Under the pieces are notes generated by a model. That model was not told the DNA's origin and ran no database searches. It saw only the letters and a list, made by a program, of their open reading frames with translations. A stretch of DNA of 63,932 nt, filler included, from Octopus bimaculoides (taxonomy: Eukaryota): the NCBI RefSeq assembly GCF_001194135.2. It is 6 parts of 6 records of this genome, joined end to end, with 100 filler letters (N's around TTAATTAATTAA, not from the genome) between each part and the next. Parts side by side here need not be neighbours in the genome. Positions count along the whole stretch, not along the records: positions 36,484 to 57,660 come from NC_068987.1; 5 more parts are not named here. One strand, written 5' to 3'. Positions 37,917-50,555 of the stretch are shown piece after piece. The translations under genes were made by a program, and so were the position numbers. Position 1 is the first letter of the stretch. The number at the start of each line of letters is the position of its first letter.

Positions 37917-38173
37917 CTACGTATTATATCATAGCAACTGCAATCACAAAGAAAAAGATTTAAAAAAACTTTTGTCAACATAATTATCTCACTGATTGTA
38001 ATTTGATAAATTTTCATTGGCTGTCGTTGCTTTTTTTTTTCCTTTTTTTTTTTCATTGAAAACTTGTCTGTTTTTTTTTTCTTCTCTTTCTCGATTTATC
38101 TTGTTTGTTTTGAATTTTCTTTCACTTTCATCTCTTTCATTCTTTCATTCTTTCTTTCTTTCTATGTTTTTAG

Positions 38174-38576
38174 ATATCTCCTGGCGAAGAAAACACAGTT
38201 TTACCAAAGATGCAGCTACAGTACTTCTCTGGTCAATGCGACTTTGCAGATTATAGCTGTGAGAAAGACGACCGAGGCTCATGTTTTACCGATGACATTC
38301 TACAAGAAATATTTGCACCTTATTATCCGACTGTCGCCCCTGACGCCAACCAATCAATTTTGTCGGTGCTGCAAGCAGGCAGTATAGATAACAACAGTTT
38401 CATTAACGAACACATGACTGAACCAACTGTGAAGGACGCTCAACTATCGAATGGATTGCATGTATTAGAAGCGCCATATACAACGGCTATGTCAGCTACA
38501 AATCACCTTCCGCTCTCCAACATCCATACAACAGACGACTACGTGGGAAATACGAACCCAGTTCATTTTGATTCCA
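38174..38576 (+). CDS. SAM-Pointed/ETS-family gene, N-terminal coding exon (ATG at 38210; frame open from the acceptor)
   Basis: Pyrimidine-rich acceptor tttctttctatgtttttAG|38174; reads ISPGEENTVLPK-MQLQYFSGQCDFADYS..VHFDS; donor A|GTAAGA, phase 1, matching the PNT exon. Confidence 0.7.
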
Positions 38577-38602
38577 GTAAGATGATTTGCGTGGGCAATT
38601 TA

Positions 38603-38636
<34 letters not shown>

Positions 38637-39852
38637 GCGTGTGTGCATCCATGTACGTATGAGTGTGTTACGTGTGTGCGTCCGTGTAGGCAAACCTGTG
38701 TGCGTGTGTGCGTCCGTGTGTGTGCGTGTGTGTGTCCGTGTGTGTGCGTGTGTGCGTCCGGTTGTGTGTGGGTGTCTGTGTGTGCGGGTGTGTATGTGTG
38801 TGTGCGTGTGTGTGTGTGTGTTTGTGTGTGTGTGATTTCCTGTTTAATTTATTTAGCCTGTTACGTTGAAAACATTAACTTTTATCATTCTCATATTTTT
38901 TTTAACATTTATTTCAATTTTTGTATTCTGTTTGTAANNNNNNNNNNNNNNNNNNNNNNNNNNNNNNNNNNNNNNNNNNNNNNNNNNNNNNNNNNNNNNN
39001 NNNNNNNNNNNNNNNNNNNNNNNNNNNNNNNNNNNNNNNNNNNNNNNNNNNNNNNNNNNNNNNNNNNNNNNNNNNNNNNNNNNNNNNNNNNNNNNNNNNN
39101 NNNNNNNNNNNNNNNNNNNNNNNNNNNNNNNNNNNNNNNNNNNNNNNNNNNNNNNNNNNNNNNNNNNNNNNNNNNNNNNNNNNNNNNNNNNNNNNNNNNN
39201 NNNNNNNNNNNNNNNNNNNNNNNNNNNNNNNNNNNNNNNNNNNNNNNNNNNNNNNNNNNNNNNNNNNNNNNNNNNNNNNNNNNNNNNNNNNNNNNNNNNN
39301 NNNNNNNNNNNNNNNNNNNNNNNNNNNNNNNNNNNNNNNNNNNNNNNNNNNNNNNNNNNNNNNNNNNNNNNNNNNNNNNNNNNNNNNNNNNNNNNNNNNN
39401 NNNNNNNNNNNNNNNNNNNNNNNNNNNNNNNNNNNNNNNNNNNNNNNNNNNNNNNNNNNNNNNNNNNNNNNNNNNNNNNNNNNNNNNNNNNNNNNNNNNN
39501 NNNNNNNNNNNNNNNNNNNNNNNNNNNNNNNNNNNNNATTGTTATTATTATTATTTTATGTTTGACTTTTGTTTTGCATTTGTACAAGTTGGATCCAAGT
39601 CTCACCCAGAGACCTCAAGAGACAACAAGTTAGAAGTTCATGTAGGTGTTATGCCTAGGGTACCATATATTTGGATTTGTACAGTTTTGTTCAAGTGAAT
39701 GTTTAAGAAACCATAAGAAAATTATGTGTTTGCTTTAAAATTTGAGATCACATAGACAGTATTTTACGTAGGATATGGGCAGTTATTATTATTATTATTA
39801 TTATTATTGTTGTTGTTGTTGTTGTTATTGTTATTATTATTATTATTATTAA

Positions 39853-40067
39853 GGCAGTGGAGTAGCAGAATCGTTAGCATGCCGAACAAAATGTTTAGCG
39901 GCATTTCGTTCGTCTTTACGTATTGAGTTCTAATTCCGCTGAAGTCGAATTTGTCTTTCATCCTTTTGGGGTCGATAAAATAAAGTGCCAGCCAAGCACT
40001 GAGGTCAATATAATCAACTAACCCTTTCGCCTGAAAGATTTCAGGCCTTGTGCCAAAAGTAGAGAAA

Positions 40068-40166
<99 letters not shown>

Positions 40167-40170
40167 ATAA

Positions 40171-40216
<46 letters not shown>

Positions 40217-41292
40217 CATTATTATTAAGGCTGCGAGCTGGCAGAATCGTTAGCACGCTGGGCGAAATATTTAGCAATATTTCTTCCTGTTTACAGTCTG
40301 AGTTCGAATTCCGCTGCGGTCAACTTTACCTTTCATCCTTTTGGGCCAATGAAATAAGTACCAGTTGAACACTGGAGTCGATGTAATCGACTTACTCCTC
40401 TCCCTAAATTGCTGGCCAAACTTTGAAATCAATATTTAACCAATTAATAATTAAATGAATCGATTGTTAGATTAATCGTTCGATCAGTCTCAATCAGGCT
40501 AGTCAAAGTTCTTTCGTCGCCATTCGCAATCACCCCTCCCAAGATACAGTTATACAGAATTCGTATTTATATTCTAGTCATGTATTAACGCAGTTGATAG
40601 CATATAAGATGCATATTTTCCAAAAGAATTTAAATGTCTCAAAAAATTACCCGGATCTTAATATGCGAAACATGGCCTCCCATAAGCCAATTTTGTCCTT
40701 TACGCTCACTACGAAAGTCTAAATTTAATTTAGATAGTCTCTTCTACGTAACCTGACTCCATGTCAATAGTAATATTTACTTAAACATTATTATAATAAA
40801 TATTAAGACGGCGAGCTGGCAGAATCGCTAGCACGCCCCTCTATGTTTAGCCCCTTGTGGGCAATAAAGAAATAAGAAGCGTTAGCACGCCGAGCCAAAT
40901 GCCTATCGGTATTTCGTCCGCCATTACGTTGTGAATTTAAATTCCACCAAGGTCGGTTTTGCTTCTCAGCCTTCCAAGGTCGATAAATTGAATACCAGTG
41001 AAACACTGGAGTCGATGTAATCGACTGGTTCCCTCCCACAAAATGGCTTCCTTTGTGGCAAAGTTTGAAGCCATAATCATTATTATTATTAATATTTCGG
41101 CGAGCTGGCAGAATCGGGTAAAATGCTTGGCGGCATTTCTTCTGCTGTTACGTTCTGAGTTCAAATTCCGCCGAGGTCAACTTTACCTTTCATCCTTTCG
41201 GGGTCGATAAAATAAGTACCAATTGAGTACTGGGGTCGATGTAATCGACTATTCCTCTCCCCCAAATTTCAGGCCTTGGGCCGATAGTAAAA

Positions 41293-41348
<56 letters not shown>

Positions 41349-42230
41349 GGCGGCGAGGTCGATAAACTAAGTACCAGTGAAACACTGGGGTCGATGTAAT
41401 CGATTTATCTCCTCCATCCCCCCAAATGGTTGACCTTGCGGAAAAATTTGAAACGATTATAATTATTATTACTGTAGTAGTACTGGTGTTGGTGTTGGGG
41501 GAATGTTAGATGAATGGCCAGTGTGAAAGGACCAATTCTAGCGTGCATTTGTAAATAAATGGCGAAGGGCTCTTGCCCTGTTGTTCAGGCACCCGTGGCT
41601 TTTGTGGGTTTTTCCACGAAGTCCTTAAAGCGCTTCCCCTATCGGGAGTTTTAAATTGTTTAATTTCTAATCGTTATATATATTGTTTACGCGTTGTAAA
41701 ACCCATTGTATCGTCCTGTTTTTGTCTTCTATGTTGTTGTATGTTTTAATGTAATTTTATGTAAGCCCTTGTGGCTAATAAACGAATTAATTATTATTAT
41801 TATTATTACTTATTACTGTAACGTTTTGCAATGTACTGTTAGATTTTTTTAAATATTATATGCATTAATAAGGCGGGGAGCTGGCTAAACCGTTATGACA
41901 CGCGGTGCAGAATACTTACATTTTCTGTAAGAATACTTACATTTCTTCCGTCTTTACGTTCTGACTTCAAATTCTGCCGAGGCCTACTTTGCCTTTCATC
42001 CTTTAGGGGTCGGTAAAATAAGTGCCAGTTGAGCACCGGGGTCGAGGTAATCGACTTACTGCCTCGTTCACACACACACCTCCAAAATTGCTGGCCTTGT
42101 TCCGAAATTTGAAACCAATATCAAATGTGTTTATAAGGCGGCGAACAGGCAGAATCGTTAGAAGGCCGGACATAATGCTTAGCGGCGTTTCGACCGTTGT
42201 TATATTCTGAATGCAAATTCTACCGAGGTG
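39853..42230 (+). mobile_element. Head-to-tail cluster of 7 family-A SINE copies separated by (ATT)n/(GTT)n tracts
   Basis: Heads at ~39853, 40229, 40807, 41098, 41349, 41872 and 42137, all on +, mostly directly after ..ttattaag. Confidence 0.85.
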
Positions 42231-42533
42231 TTTCTTGCAAGACACTTTATTTCACGTTGCTCCAGTTCACTCAGCTGTAGAAATGAGTTGTGACGTCACT
42301 GGTTCCAAGCTCTATCGACATTTGCCTTTCCCTTGGACAGTATCGGTAGCGTGGAGAGGGACGATTGATCGGTATGCATGGGCGACATAAACAACATTGC
42401 CCGGACTTGTACTTTCTAGGTGCAATCCCATAGTCAATATATAGTTTATTTAGAGCTTGTTAATGTTAACAATAACTCCCATTAATATACAGATAGGAAG
42501 ATGTAGTGTTCGTTGTGAACTATATTCAAAATA

Positions 42534-43391
42534 ATATTTTTATGGAGGCAACACATGCGGAGTCTAAAAGAACATAATTAAAATACACATTCGAAACTTA
42601 TATAAATATATATATTCTCTATAAAATGGAAATAAAAATTCCAGAATACATAAATATACATAAATAGACAAATGTCGATACAATATATAAAACAATTGAT
42701 TTTAGGAAAAAAAAATTTTTTGTAAGTACATTTAAAATTATAATACTTTAAACAATTGCAGCGTGGAAGGTGTTTATAAGCCATTTAAGAAACACAAAAA
42801 CCGTTAGATTCACTTCAACATTTAAATTTAATTTGCCAAAATATTTTCGTCGCTTTGAGACCGCGACCTGTTCACTGACAAAATTCAGTGCTGCACATCT
42901 ACATACCGGTCCTGGTATGTAGATGTGTTTTCGAACTTTGTGTAACATCCTGATGTGGGGAGTGCCATGATTAATAATATGAAATTTGTCTTATTCCATG
43001 GCACATCTCTGAAACGGTCCGTAGATGTAATCTTTATATTATTTTTTTTTTCTTATCGTCGTTTTTAGTATGTCTCTTTACTACTTAATCCTCTCAAGAA
43101 AAATTTTTAATTTCATCATAATTTTAAATGTACTTAAAATATTATAATGTACTTAATGTACAATATTAAATGTACTTACAGTATTATAATTTTAAATGTA
43201 CTTACAATAGAAATTTTTCTTAAATTCAATCGTGTTTTATGTTTTGCATCGACATTTGTCTATTTACGTATATTTATGTATTCTGGAATTTTTATTTCCA
43301 TCTTATAGAGAATATATATATCTATATAAGTTTCGAATGTGTATTTTAATTATGTTCTTTTAGACTCCGCATGTGTTGCCTCCATAAAATA

Positions 43392-43392
<1 letters not shown>
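42534..43392. mobile_element. Foldback element, ~860 bp; outer ~145 bp of the arms near-identical, looser match to ~215 bp
   Basis: tatggaggcaacacatgcggagtctaaaagaac..gacaaatgtcgat (42541-42678) versus the reverse complement at ~43249-43386; continues less tightly through gtaagtacatttaaaattataatac. Confidence 0.85.
42950..43028 (+). ncRNA. Degenerate hammerhead-like motif
   Basis: CTGATGT-GGGGA-GTGCCATG..CATGGCAC-a-TCTCT-GAAAC-G-GTC; core A9 changed to U and stem I disrupted. Confidence 0.4.
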
Positions 43393-43447
<55 letters not shown>

Positions 43448-43448
<1 letters not shown>

Positions 43449-44290
43449 CAGGTCATATCAAATGTTATATTTAATTGAAATTTAATCATCAATGTACTTT
43501 TCCTCATTATCTATGACTTCCTTCCATCTATTTACAAGCTTTTTAATCCCATCAATGTAAAACCCTTTTGGTTTCAAAGCAAAGAAGTCTGAAATGTCAG
43601 TTTCGACCTCCACCTGGCTTGCGAAAGTTATGTCCCCCAAATGATTCTGTAAACTACGAAACAAATGGTAGTCTGAAAGAGCAAGGTCGGGAGAATAAGG
43701 TGAATGAGGAATTTTTTTCCCAACCAAGCTCTTCGATCTTCTGTGATGTGATCTTTGCAGTGTGAGGTCGATTCACTAAGGCGGGTCTTTTTTTTTTTCA
43801 AAACTGACAGTAGACTTGAGCATCGATTGTTGCATTAGGTGGTAACAATTCAAAGTAAATTACTCCTTTGCAATCCCACCAGATAGAGAGAAGAACCTTT
43901 TTCCTATGAATTTTCCTTCTCGGTTCTGGTTGAGCTATTTCCCTTTTACCAAGCTACTGTTTACGACCTTTAACATTTCGATAGAAGATCCATTTTTCGT
44001 CACCAGTCATAAGTCTATCCAAAAAGGGTGAAATGAGTTCGTGAGAATGGAGAGAAGAGCAGATGTCAACTCTTGTGGTTGCTTTCGGTCAATTCATGAG
44101 GCACCCATTTTCCAAGCTTAGGAACCTTTCCAGGTTGTTGAAGATGACGATGAACAGCTGTATGGTTTGAACTATGCTCTATTGCCAATTCTTCAACTGA
44201 TAATGTAGGATTTTCTTCAAGGAGCTTATCATCATTATGTGCCTCAAATGCTCTTTGGATGCTTCCATGTTAGAAAGGGTTTGGACAGAT
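43448..44290 (-). mobile_element. mariner transposase pseudogene with internal deletions
   Basis: MEASKEHLRHIM start at 44268, GKWVPHEL near 44100, RPHTAKIT..IPHSPYSPDLALSDYHLFRSLQ; WVPHEL and YSPDL are mariner hallmarks. Confidence 0.92.
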
Positions 44291-44294
44291 TGGA

Positions 44295-45690
44295 CAGCTG
44301 ATACCTTTGGAACAGTGCAGTGACGTCCAATTTGGGGTCTGGTATAGCTCTCGATTCCAAAGTTTGGTGCCAGCTCCTCCAGTATCTTCGACACATATAT
44401 CATTGTATACCTTTCCCGTCTTCGCTCCATAGAGTAGAGTCGTAGCTCTCTCAGTCTCTCCCAGTAGCTCAGCTATCCCGTTGGTACAAATCTTTCTTAT
44501 GTAACATCGCTGAACCATCTCAAGTTCTGGTATTAATCTGACACTGTAGGGTGACCACAGTTGAGAGTAGTAATCCAGACGGCTGAGAACAAATGTCCTC
44601 CATAGGACCAGCATATTTTCCTGGTCCCTTATTCGGAAGTTTCTCAAAATCCATTCGGACATTCACATGAACACTGCCACCATCTTGGTGATATGCATGG
44701 CAAACGATGTGTCGTTGCTCATATTAATCTCGAAATCACGCACCGTATGTGATTCTAGGATTGCTGCTCCTTTTGGTGAAAAGTGTCGTTGTTGCGACTT
44801 ATGAACACCAATTAACTGGTAGCGGAGGGCTTGGAATTTGCATTAAATTACATGTTGTTTTCCTCAACCAATTTATATATGGCATCTAGGTCTTTCAGTA
44901 GAAGATTAGCATCAGAAGGTTCCTTCACTGCTTGTACTACTTTTGTGTTGTCGACATAGCTAGTAAGTGTGGCTGTCTGTGAAAATGATGACATGTCTTA
45001 AAGAGCCATCATGAACAGCAGCGACCCCAACACAGTTCCCTGAGGCACTCCACTCTCTATTACTGTCTCCTTAGAAAGGATTCTATTGGCTGCTGCTACA
45101 GCCTGGCTTTCGTCTTTTAAGAAGTCATGCAACCACCCTACGATTTTCACGGTTATGCCGAGTCTCCGCAGCTGGTGACATATCATCCTCTGATCAACCT
45201 TATCAAAGGCCTTTGCAAAGTTGAGAAATATCACATCCTCGTTTGAGCGATTCATTAACTGCTTCAACACCCAGTCATAGTGGTACAAAAGCTATGTAAG
45301 GCAGCTTCTTCCTGAGCGGAAGCCATGCTGAGTGTTAGGAACGCAATTAGTTTCTTCTTGAAAAGGCGTTCCATACGACTTTAGGAGGTTAGAGAGACAG
45401 GTCTATAATTTTTAGTATCTGCTCTGCTACCTCCCTTATAGATAAGACATATTTTGCCTTGCTTTAACTTTTTGGAAGTCACCCAGTTGTGAGGAAGCTC
45501 TGAATGAGAATCTGAAGTGGTCTTGATAGAGCCTCTTTGCATTTCTTTAGGAGGATTGTTGGGAATCCATCAGGGCCTGCGGCTGAGTTTGAGCTCATTT
45601 CATCAATGGCCGATATTACATCAGTTTCCTCTATTTTGATGCTATCAATAACTGACATTTCTTTGTGTATAAATGCATTAAACAAATTTT
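44295..45690 (-). mobile_element. CR1/L2-group LINE ORF2 (RT) fragment, decayed
   Basis: SAAGPDGFPTILLK, FLNFAKAFDKVD, SGVPQGTVLGSLLF, YVDNTKV (YADD-like) and VLWRTFVLSRLDYYSQLWSP motifs. Confidence 0.9.
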
Positions 45691-46053
45691 AACATTTTAT
45701 GTATTTTAGAAGTACAACCAATTTATTACACATGAATTAATATGAACCCCTAAGGGTCATGTATACCCCGGTTAAGAATCACTGCTCTATAGCATTGTTA
45801 TATTTTCAACTAATGTTTTTCTCTGTCTGTGTCTGTTTCGTGTTCTGTATTTGGAATGTACTCCAACAATTCCGTGTTGTAATTGCATTGGCGAGCAGCG
45901 AGTAAATATCGTACAATATTTCTTATGTAACATTTTCAGTTACGAATGTTTATAACTTTGATGAACCCCTTGTATATTAGATTTCTTATTTCAAGGACGT
46001 TTTATGGCTTGCAGATTTGTAATTTAATATTTATGGGGTAGTTTCTCTTCTTT

Positions 46054-46095
<42 letters not shown>

Positions 46096-46374
46096 AAATT
46101 TTTGAACCACAAAGTTATGTTTTAATCTAAAATAATCAGATGATAATAGTTAAATGATATATTGATTTCAAACTTTGGCACAATGCCAGCAATTTCGGGG
46201 AAGGGAGGAAATCGATTACGTCAACTCCAATTACTAACTGATACTTATCTTATCAACCCCGAAAGGCTGATATTTGAACTAAGCTTTTTGCCCAGCGTGG
46301 TAACGATTCTGCCATCTCGCGTTTCTTAATATGTTAAAATATATTAATGGTTTTCTTTTTTCGTTATCTTTTAG

Positions 46375-46632
46375 TGGACAGCTTCGGTAGAAATTATTTA
46401 ATGAAAACTTGGCAATACAAACACCCGAAACATTGGTCGAGAAGCGAAGTATTAGATTGGATTTTTTGGTCAATTGAAAATGAGAACTTAGATGCGAGTC
46501 GAATGCGAGGTGAAGCATTTCAGAACATTGACGGCGTTCAACTATGTGAAATGACTGTAGAGAAATTTTTACAAAAGGAACCTAATTACGGTGCTATTCT
46601 CTTTCAAATTCTCAGCTCTCTCATTCACAAAC
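46375..46632 (+). CDS. SAM-Pointed (PNT) domain exon of an ETS-family-like transcription factor
   Basis: KHPKHWSRSEVLDWIFWSIENENLD..FQNIDGVQLCEMTVEKFLQKEPNYGAILFQIL fits the PNT pattern (P..WS..V..W, F.++DG..LC.+, G..L+..L); acceptor tcttttAG|, donor C|GTAAGT; 258 nt, phase 1-1. Confidence 0.92.
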
Positions 46633-48160
46633 GTAAGTTCTATCAATATTTTATTTTTCTTATCAATAACGGTTTATCCGATAATCGTTTTTTTGCACCG
46701 ACATCGCTAAGTTTGATTTTCTAACGGTTTTTTTTTCCCCCACACTTAAAACAGCATTTGTTCTTTATTCAAACTATTATTACTCTGCAGAGGCGTGCCA
46801 TACTTTTTATTGTACAGTTTTCTTTTTCTAATTTTCTTAAGAATATATTTAACACAGTCAATGCTGTTTGTATTCGACTTCTATCGTACTGCGTTAGTTA
46901 TGCTGATACTGTTAGTTTTTCTTTCCAATTTTTTTTTTTCAAAAGTCAGAGTCTCCTTATTGTTCTTTGTTTATTATTATCCTTGAATATTTTTATTGAA
47001 AGCTTTTCTCTCATCTTGTCGCCAGAGGGAGGAAAAAATAGTGCAGAGCATTCTTGGATTCAAAAGAATGTCATCGATACTTCTGTAACTTTGTTTCTGA
47101 TGGGGTTTTATTTGTTGGGGTTCTTTCGGTGGGGGGTGAAGTGGTGTCAACATAGGGATTTTTTTAACTTCTGAGAAGATGCAATCCGTATGAGTCTGGC
47201 CTCTATCCTTTGACTTGTCGTGGTCACTAAGGCACACAAGCCAGTACACTACAACAAGGACAGTACCTTGCGGCGGGTTTTTGGTCTAAGCTTCATGCAA
47301 AACTACTCGTACAGTTCTGTAGGGAAATAAAACCTGAGGAAAAGTCTTCTTTTTATGAATGAATACTTAACCGCTTTTCCTTCGTGGGATATTTTTATAT
47401 GACATACAAACAATCAACAACACCGAGTATGTCGATATAATCCACGATGAAAGTGTTTACGATAGAACTTTCTGACCAGCAACACCTGACATTTCCACAA
47501 CAGCAAACACTCCTTGTGACATGATAAGAGTAATACCAGACTAACGCAAGAGACAATAAACAGATTAGAATGTGACACACCTTCTCACTAAACCGAAAGA
47601 TATTATATCTATATGTGTTTGTTGTGTGTACGTGTATATGCTTGTGTTTGGGTGTGTGTGTGTGTGTGTGTGTGTGCCTCTAAGTATCTGTATGTGTCTG
47701 TACGTGTGTATGTGAGTGTCTATGTATTTGTACGTGTGTGTGTGTGTGTCTAAGTGTATCTATGTGCGTCTATGTGTGAGTATGTGTGTGTGTACTTGTG
47801 TGTGGATGAGTATGTGTATGTATCTAAATGTGTGTGTGTAAGTCTAAGTGTATGTGTGTGCATTTGTGTCTGTGTGTCTGCGTGTGTATGTGTGTAAGTG
47901 TAAGTGTGTGTGTACGTGTGTAATTGTGTATATGAATAGTTTATAGTTTGGATTTTGTTGTTTATATTTAGGTCTAAGCGTGTGATTAACAAGTTCGCTT
48001 GTTCACTACACATTCCAGACCGTTCCTAGCATCGAATCTCACTCCCTTAATGAACACACCCAGTCACAGCCATCTTGAATCTGTCGTCGCATATTTAAAG
48101 TAAATTTCAGTTTCGTCACTTTGTGCCAAATTAAAGAATGAAGCCAGATCATGTTCTACC

Positions 48161-48220
<60 letters not shown>

Positions 48221-48992
48221 AGAATTTTAACTCGAGACACCCGAGGCTAGAAAAAATACCGCAAGCCCTTTCATTCACCCTACAACCAAAAGTCAGACAC
48301 ACACAACCAACTATATTCTATCATTAATTAATTTCAATTGATTTATATTCCGGAGGTTGTCTCCTTTGCTCTTTTTCACATGAATTAGTGATTGAAGTAA
48401 TGACTGATTTCTTTTACTATGGGTGTAATTTGACTAAAACAATTCTTGACTCATTACATTAGGTACATCAGCGTCCACCTTACCGGTCGTAAATACCCAG
48501 GCACTCCTGGATATTTACCACCTTCACACCACTATTTTATAGTTTGGTTGCTGCGAAGAGGGGGAAAAGTATTTATAGTTTGGTTGCTGCGAAGAGGGGG
48601 AAAAGTTCGAAATATTATAATAGCGTGGACGTGCGGAATGCGATTAAAATTTATCGACCGTTGTTTGATGAAGTACAAATTACTCATTTGCTAATTATTT
48701 CTTACTGTCTGCGTATTCCGGTCAAATTCATCTTAAACAGGTTGAACTTGCAATTCCTGACCCCTCCTCACCTCACCTGACTAATGTCAATTTTATGACA
48801 AGAGATAAAGCATAATAAATTTCAATGACGCTTAAGCTAATTTATGAAAATTCTTTTACATCAAAGCAAATAGAAAACTGTTTTTAGTAAACGGCACGGG
48901 AATGTTTGCATGGCATATGTTGGGAAAAACCAAGGCGGTAATGCTAACCAAAAACCGCAAAAGTAAAGACGTGTGTGTGCGAGTGTGTGTGT

Positions 48993-49039
<47 letters not shown>

Positions 49040-49362
49040 TAGCAATCGGTATGATATGCAATCAATCTGGTATGGAATTTTCTGTTCGTGGCCGATTTGG
49101 AATCACCTCACATGGCGCATGCCAAACCACAATCACGGTACTGTTTAGAAATAAACCCCAGCTAATTGCAACGCATGAATATGAAAACCACATCTGCAAC
49201 AAAAAATGTATGTCACTTGCTGACTTTAAAAGCCATTGAAAAAGCAAAAGATAGAAACAAGATAATTAGTCGGTGAGGGTCATATTCGTTTAACGAATTA
49301 ACGAATAGACAGCCATGATGCCTGTATGTATGAATGTAAGTATGCATATTTGTATGTATGTA

Positions 49363-49377
49363 CAGGATGTGCCCAAA

Positions 49378-49411
<34 letters not shown>

Positions 49412-50541
49412 AATGATTCTAAAGTTAGTGTTTATTAAAATATATTTCCTTTTCAAAATTTAATAGAATCTTCAGACAGAATTTAATTATTTAATGAGCG
49501 TTTGTTTTTAAACTGGTAACCGTTCAGCTCCAAGCATTACTGAAAAGGCGAAGCAATCCAGTCGCAAACACCAAGACGCATTTCGTTCGGTATCTGTGCG
49601 CATTCTCAATTCGTTGGTTGTTGTTGGTTTAGTATTGTAAGTTTTTTTCTCTTAAGTATTCCCATAGAAAGAAGACTATGTGTGTGAGACAAGTTGAACA
49701 CGGAATGTATTCCACTGATTCTCTTTGTCCACTTCACCTGTCCGATAAAATGTCAAGGTAGTAATCTTGCTTGAAATAAAATTCCTTCAAAGTCCTCTTA
49801 AATAGTTCAAGAAAATAGAACCAGTCACAGCATCGGCGAAAAAGAATGGTCCAGTTAATCGTTTTGATAAGCTGCACCAAACTGTAACTCCTGGCAAATT
49901 GACATGATGTTCCTCCATACTATGCAAATTTTCAAGTCTTCAGTAGGTTAATTAAGTCATTTAATTTAAATGTAGCCTCACCACTCCAAACAATCTTTGT
50001 TGGAAAGTGTGCATCTTCTACACATTTTGCGATGTAACGCTCATAGAACTCCCCTCTTCGGTCTAGATCATCTTATTGAGAGCATGAACTATTCTTGGAA
50101 TGAAACTTATTCAATGGCAGAGCTTCAAACTATGATGGACGCTCGACATTGAAATTCCTATCTCACAACTCGTTTGCCGCACAGATTTTCTCGAACTCTG
50201 GCAATACGTTTCTTCTATCTTTTCTTGCTTTGTGGGACTTTTCGATGACCGCGGTATTCCGGAACGTTTCTTGTGGACAATCTGAAGAGTTCCATCTGTT
50301 TCAAACTTGTCTCTAATTCTAGTGATTGTAAGTCACGGAGGTGAATCTGTTTGAAACTCCCTCCCAAAGTGTTTTTGCACTTCGATTGCGTTTGCAAACC
50401 TCGAATAGCATTTTAGGTTAAAATTCGTTTGTTCAAAGTTTAGTGTGGCTTCCTTCGTTATTTCTTCCTTCGTTAAATCAAAAGAGAAATGAAAATTTAG
50501 TGATTAGCAGTTAAAACGTGTATAGACTTTTTGACACCCTG
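49363..50541 (-). mobile_element. Decayed Tc1/mariner-superfamily element
   Basis: TA-flanked ends (caggatgtgcccaaaa / tttttgacaccctg); minus relics [13 protein letters not shown] and [24 protein letters not shown]. Confidence 0.7.
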
Positions 50542-50555
50542 TATATATATATATA

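Noticed and set aside
39853-42230. CRISPR-like repeat-spacer array
   Set aside because: Eukaryotic SINE copies with irregular spacing; no cas genes.
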